Source of the DNA: Gemmatimonadaceae bacterium
GTDB taxonomy: Bacteria; Gemmatimonadota; Gemmatimonadetes; Gemmatimonadales; Gemmatimonadaceae
Direction of reading: 5' to 3'
Length of the DNA stretch: 40,002 bases
Assembly (NCBI GenBank): GCA_044224875.1
Contig: JBGAJQ010000050.1
Coordinates: forward strand, 1 to 40,002
Part shown: one piece after another, positions 38,572 to 40,002 of the stretch
Layout of the letters: the number at the start of each line of letters is the position of its first letter
Position numbering within the stretch: the first letter of the stretch is position 1
The notes under the pieces: model-generated
Databases searched by the model: none
What the model was told of the DNA's origin: nothing
What the model saw: only the letters and a program-made list of their open reading frames with translations
Position numbers and translations under genes: made by a program

Positions 38572-40002
38572 ATGTCGTTCATGGTCCGAAAGTCGGAAGC
38601 GGAGCTGGAGTCGGACGTTACCCATGTCGGCGGCCTGAAGCGTTCGCTGAACCGGTGGCACCTGACGGCGTTAGGTGTCGGGGCGACGATTGGTGCGGGC
38701 ATCTTCGCCACGACAGGAACGGCCATTGTGGGCGACGCCGCGCGACCCGGGGCAGGGCCGGCGATCATCTTCTCATTCCTCCTGACGGCGGTCGCCTGCG
38801 GTTTCGCTGCGCTGTGTTATGCGGAGTTCGCGGCGATGGTCCCGGTCGCCGGCTCGGCATACACCTACGCTTACGCTTCCATCGGCGAGCTGGTCGCGTG
38901 GATCATCGGGTGGGACCTGATTGTCGAGTATGCCGTCGGCAACATCGGGGTGGCTATCGGGTGGTCTGGGCACTTTCGGGAGTTGCTGACACACTTCGGC
39001 GTGCAGATGCCCCCTTGGCTGTCAACGGACTATCGGACGGCGCACGACGCGTTTAACGCGCTTGCCACCGGTGTGAATGACGCGGGCACGCAGTACCTGG
39101 CGTCGGCCTGGAGCTCCGCCCCACACCTGTTCGGGCTGCCGGTCATCGTCAACCTGCCGGCAGCCGCGGTCGTGTTCGTGATCACGATCGTCCTGATCAT
39201 TGGCGTGAAGGAGTCGGCGAACTTCAACAACGGCATGGTGCTGCTGAAGATCGGGATCATCCTGTTCTTCCTGGCGATCGGCGTGTTTCTCATCAAGCCC
39301 GGCAACTGGACCGATGCGTCGGCGGGCGGGTTCGCACCGAATGGGTTTGCTGGCATCAGTGCGGCCGCAGCGATCATCTTCTTCAGCTACATCGGATTCG
39401 ATGCCGTCTCCACGGCGGCTGAGGAGGCCCAGAATCCCGCGAGGGACATGCCGTTCGGCATCATCATGAGCCTGGTCATCTGCACCGTTTTATATATCGC
39501 CTTATCCGCGGTCATGACCGGCATGGCGCCCTGGAAGCAGCTCGGCACCCCAGAGCCCATGATCACCGCGCTGCAATATTCGAGTGGCCCGCCGAAGCTT
39601 GTACAGTTCTCTCGATTCATCATTGCGTTAGGCGCCGTGGTGGCCATGGGCAGCGTGCTCCTGGTGTTCCAGCTGGGACAGCCACGCATCTTCTACTCCA
39701 TGGCGCGCGACGGCCTGCTGCCGCCGGTCATGGCCAAAGTGCACCCGCGCTTCCGGACGCCGTATGTCGGCACGATCATCACCGGCACGTTCGTAGCCAC
39801 GTTTGCTGCGTTCGCCAACATCGCCGAGGTCGTGGACCTCACGAATATCGGCACGCTATTCGCCTTTGTGCTCGTCTCGGCGGGGGTGATCTTCCTACGC
39901 CGCACCGATCCCGATCGCAAACGTCCGTTCCGCGTGCCGGGCGTACCGTTCACTCCGATCATCTCGATCCTCGCGTGTTTCTACCTGATGTGGCAGCTGC
40001 CG
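38572..40002 (+). CDS. APC-family amino-acid permease, 3'-truncated (absent from ORF track)
   Basis: Translated by hand: MSFMVRKSEAELESDVTHVGGLKRSLNRWHLTALGVGATIGAGIF...AGPA...CYAEFAAMVPVAGSAYTY...FSYIGFDAVSTAAEEAQNPARDMP...RIFYSMARDGLLP; open to the window end. Confidence 0.93.
   Translation, partial: MSFMVRKSEAELESDVTHVGGLKRSLNRWHLTALGVGATIGAGIFATTGTAIVGDAARPGAGPAIIFSFLLTAVACGFAALCYAEFAAMVPVAGSAYTYAYASIGELVAWIIGWDLIVEYAVGNIGVAIGWSGHFRELLTHFGVQMPPWLSTDYRTAHDAFNALATGVNDAGTQYLASAWSSAPHLFGLPVIVNLPAAAVVFVITIVLIIGVKESANFNNGMVLLKIGIILFFLAIGVFLIKPGNWTDASAGGFAPNGFAGISAAAAIIFFSYIGFDAVSTAAEEAQNPARDMPFGIIMSLVICTVLYIALSAVMTGMAPWKQLGTPEPMITALQYSSGPPKLVQFSRFIIALGAVVAMGSVLLVFQLGQPRIFYSMARDGLLPPVMAKVHPRFRTPYVGTIITGTFVATFAAFANIAEVVDLTNIGTLFAFVLVSAGVIFLRRTDPDRKRPFRVPGVPFTPIISILACFYLMWQLP

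Larger units (their letters stand above)
368..39633. repeat. Dispersed, highly iterated non-palindromic motif CGTTAGG(C)
   Basis: Counted by eye: 18 copies on + and 5 on -, plus 2 GTTAGGC variants (coordinates in findings). Confidence 0.85.

Noticed and set aside
38478..39056. 192-aa ORF
   Set aside because: Out-of-frame shadow of the APC permease starting at 38572.

Overview
GC-rich bacterial chromosomal segment; gene content and style suggest Gemmatimonadota (inference). Left to right: partial amidohydrolase-fold gene; a complete Alternative Complex III operon (actABCDEF) preceded by a perfect Rex-type operator; a Tat-exported DsrE-like protein; an sxtI/sxtJ/sxtK-like carbamoyltransferase module with a divergent SGNH hydrolase; trxC; tRNA-Ala(TGC); a membrane-anchored Thr-type sulfatase-fold enzyme; a carbohydrate-utilisation operon (two (alpha/alpha)6 glycoside hydrolases plus a CUT1 ABC importer); two tandem two-component systems; tonB-exbB-exbD-exbD plus a TonB-like gene; a K+-independent membrane pyrophosphatase; and a 3'-truncated APC amino-acid permease. 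Four genes carry frameshifts that look like long-read indel errors. The most striking unexplained signal is a non-palindromic motif, CGTTAGG(C), with at least 23 copies counted by eye, mostly inside genes, where it uses the otherwise rare TTA/CTA/CCT-AAC codons.
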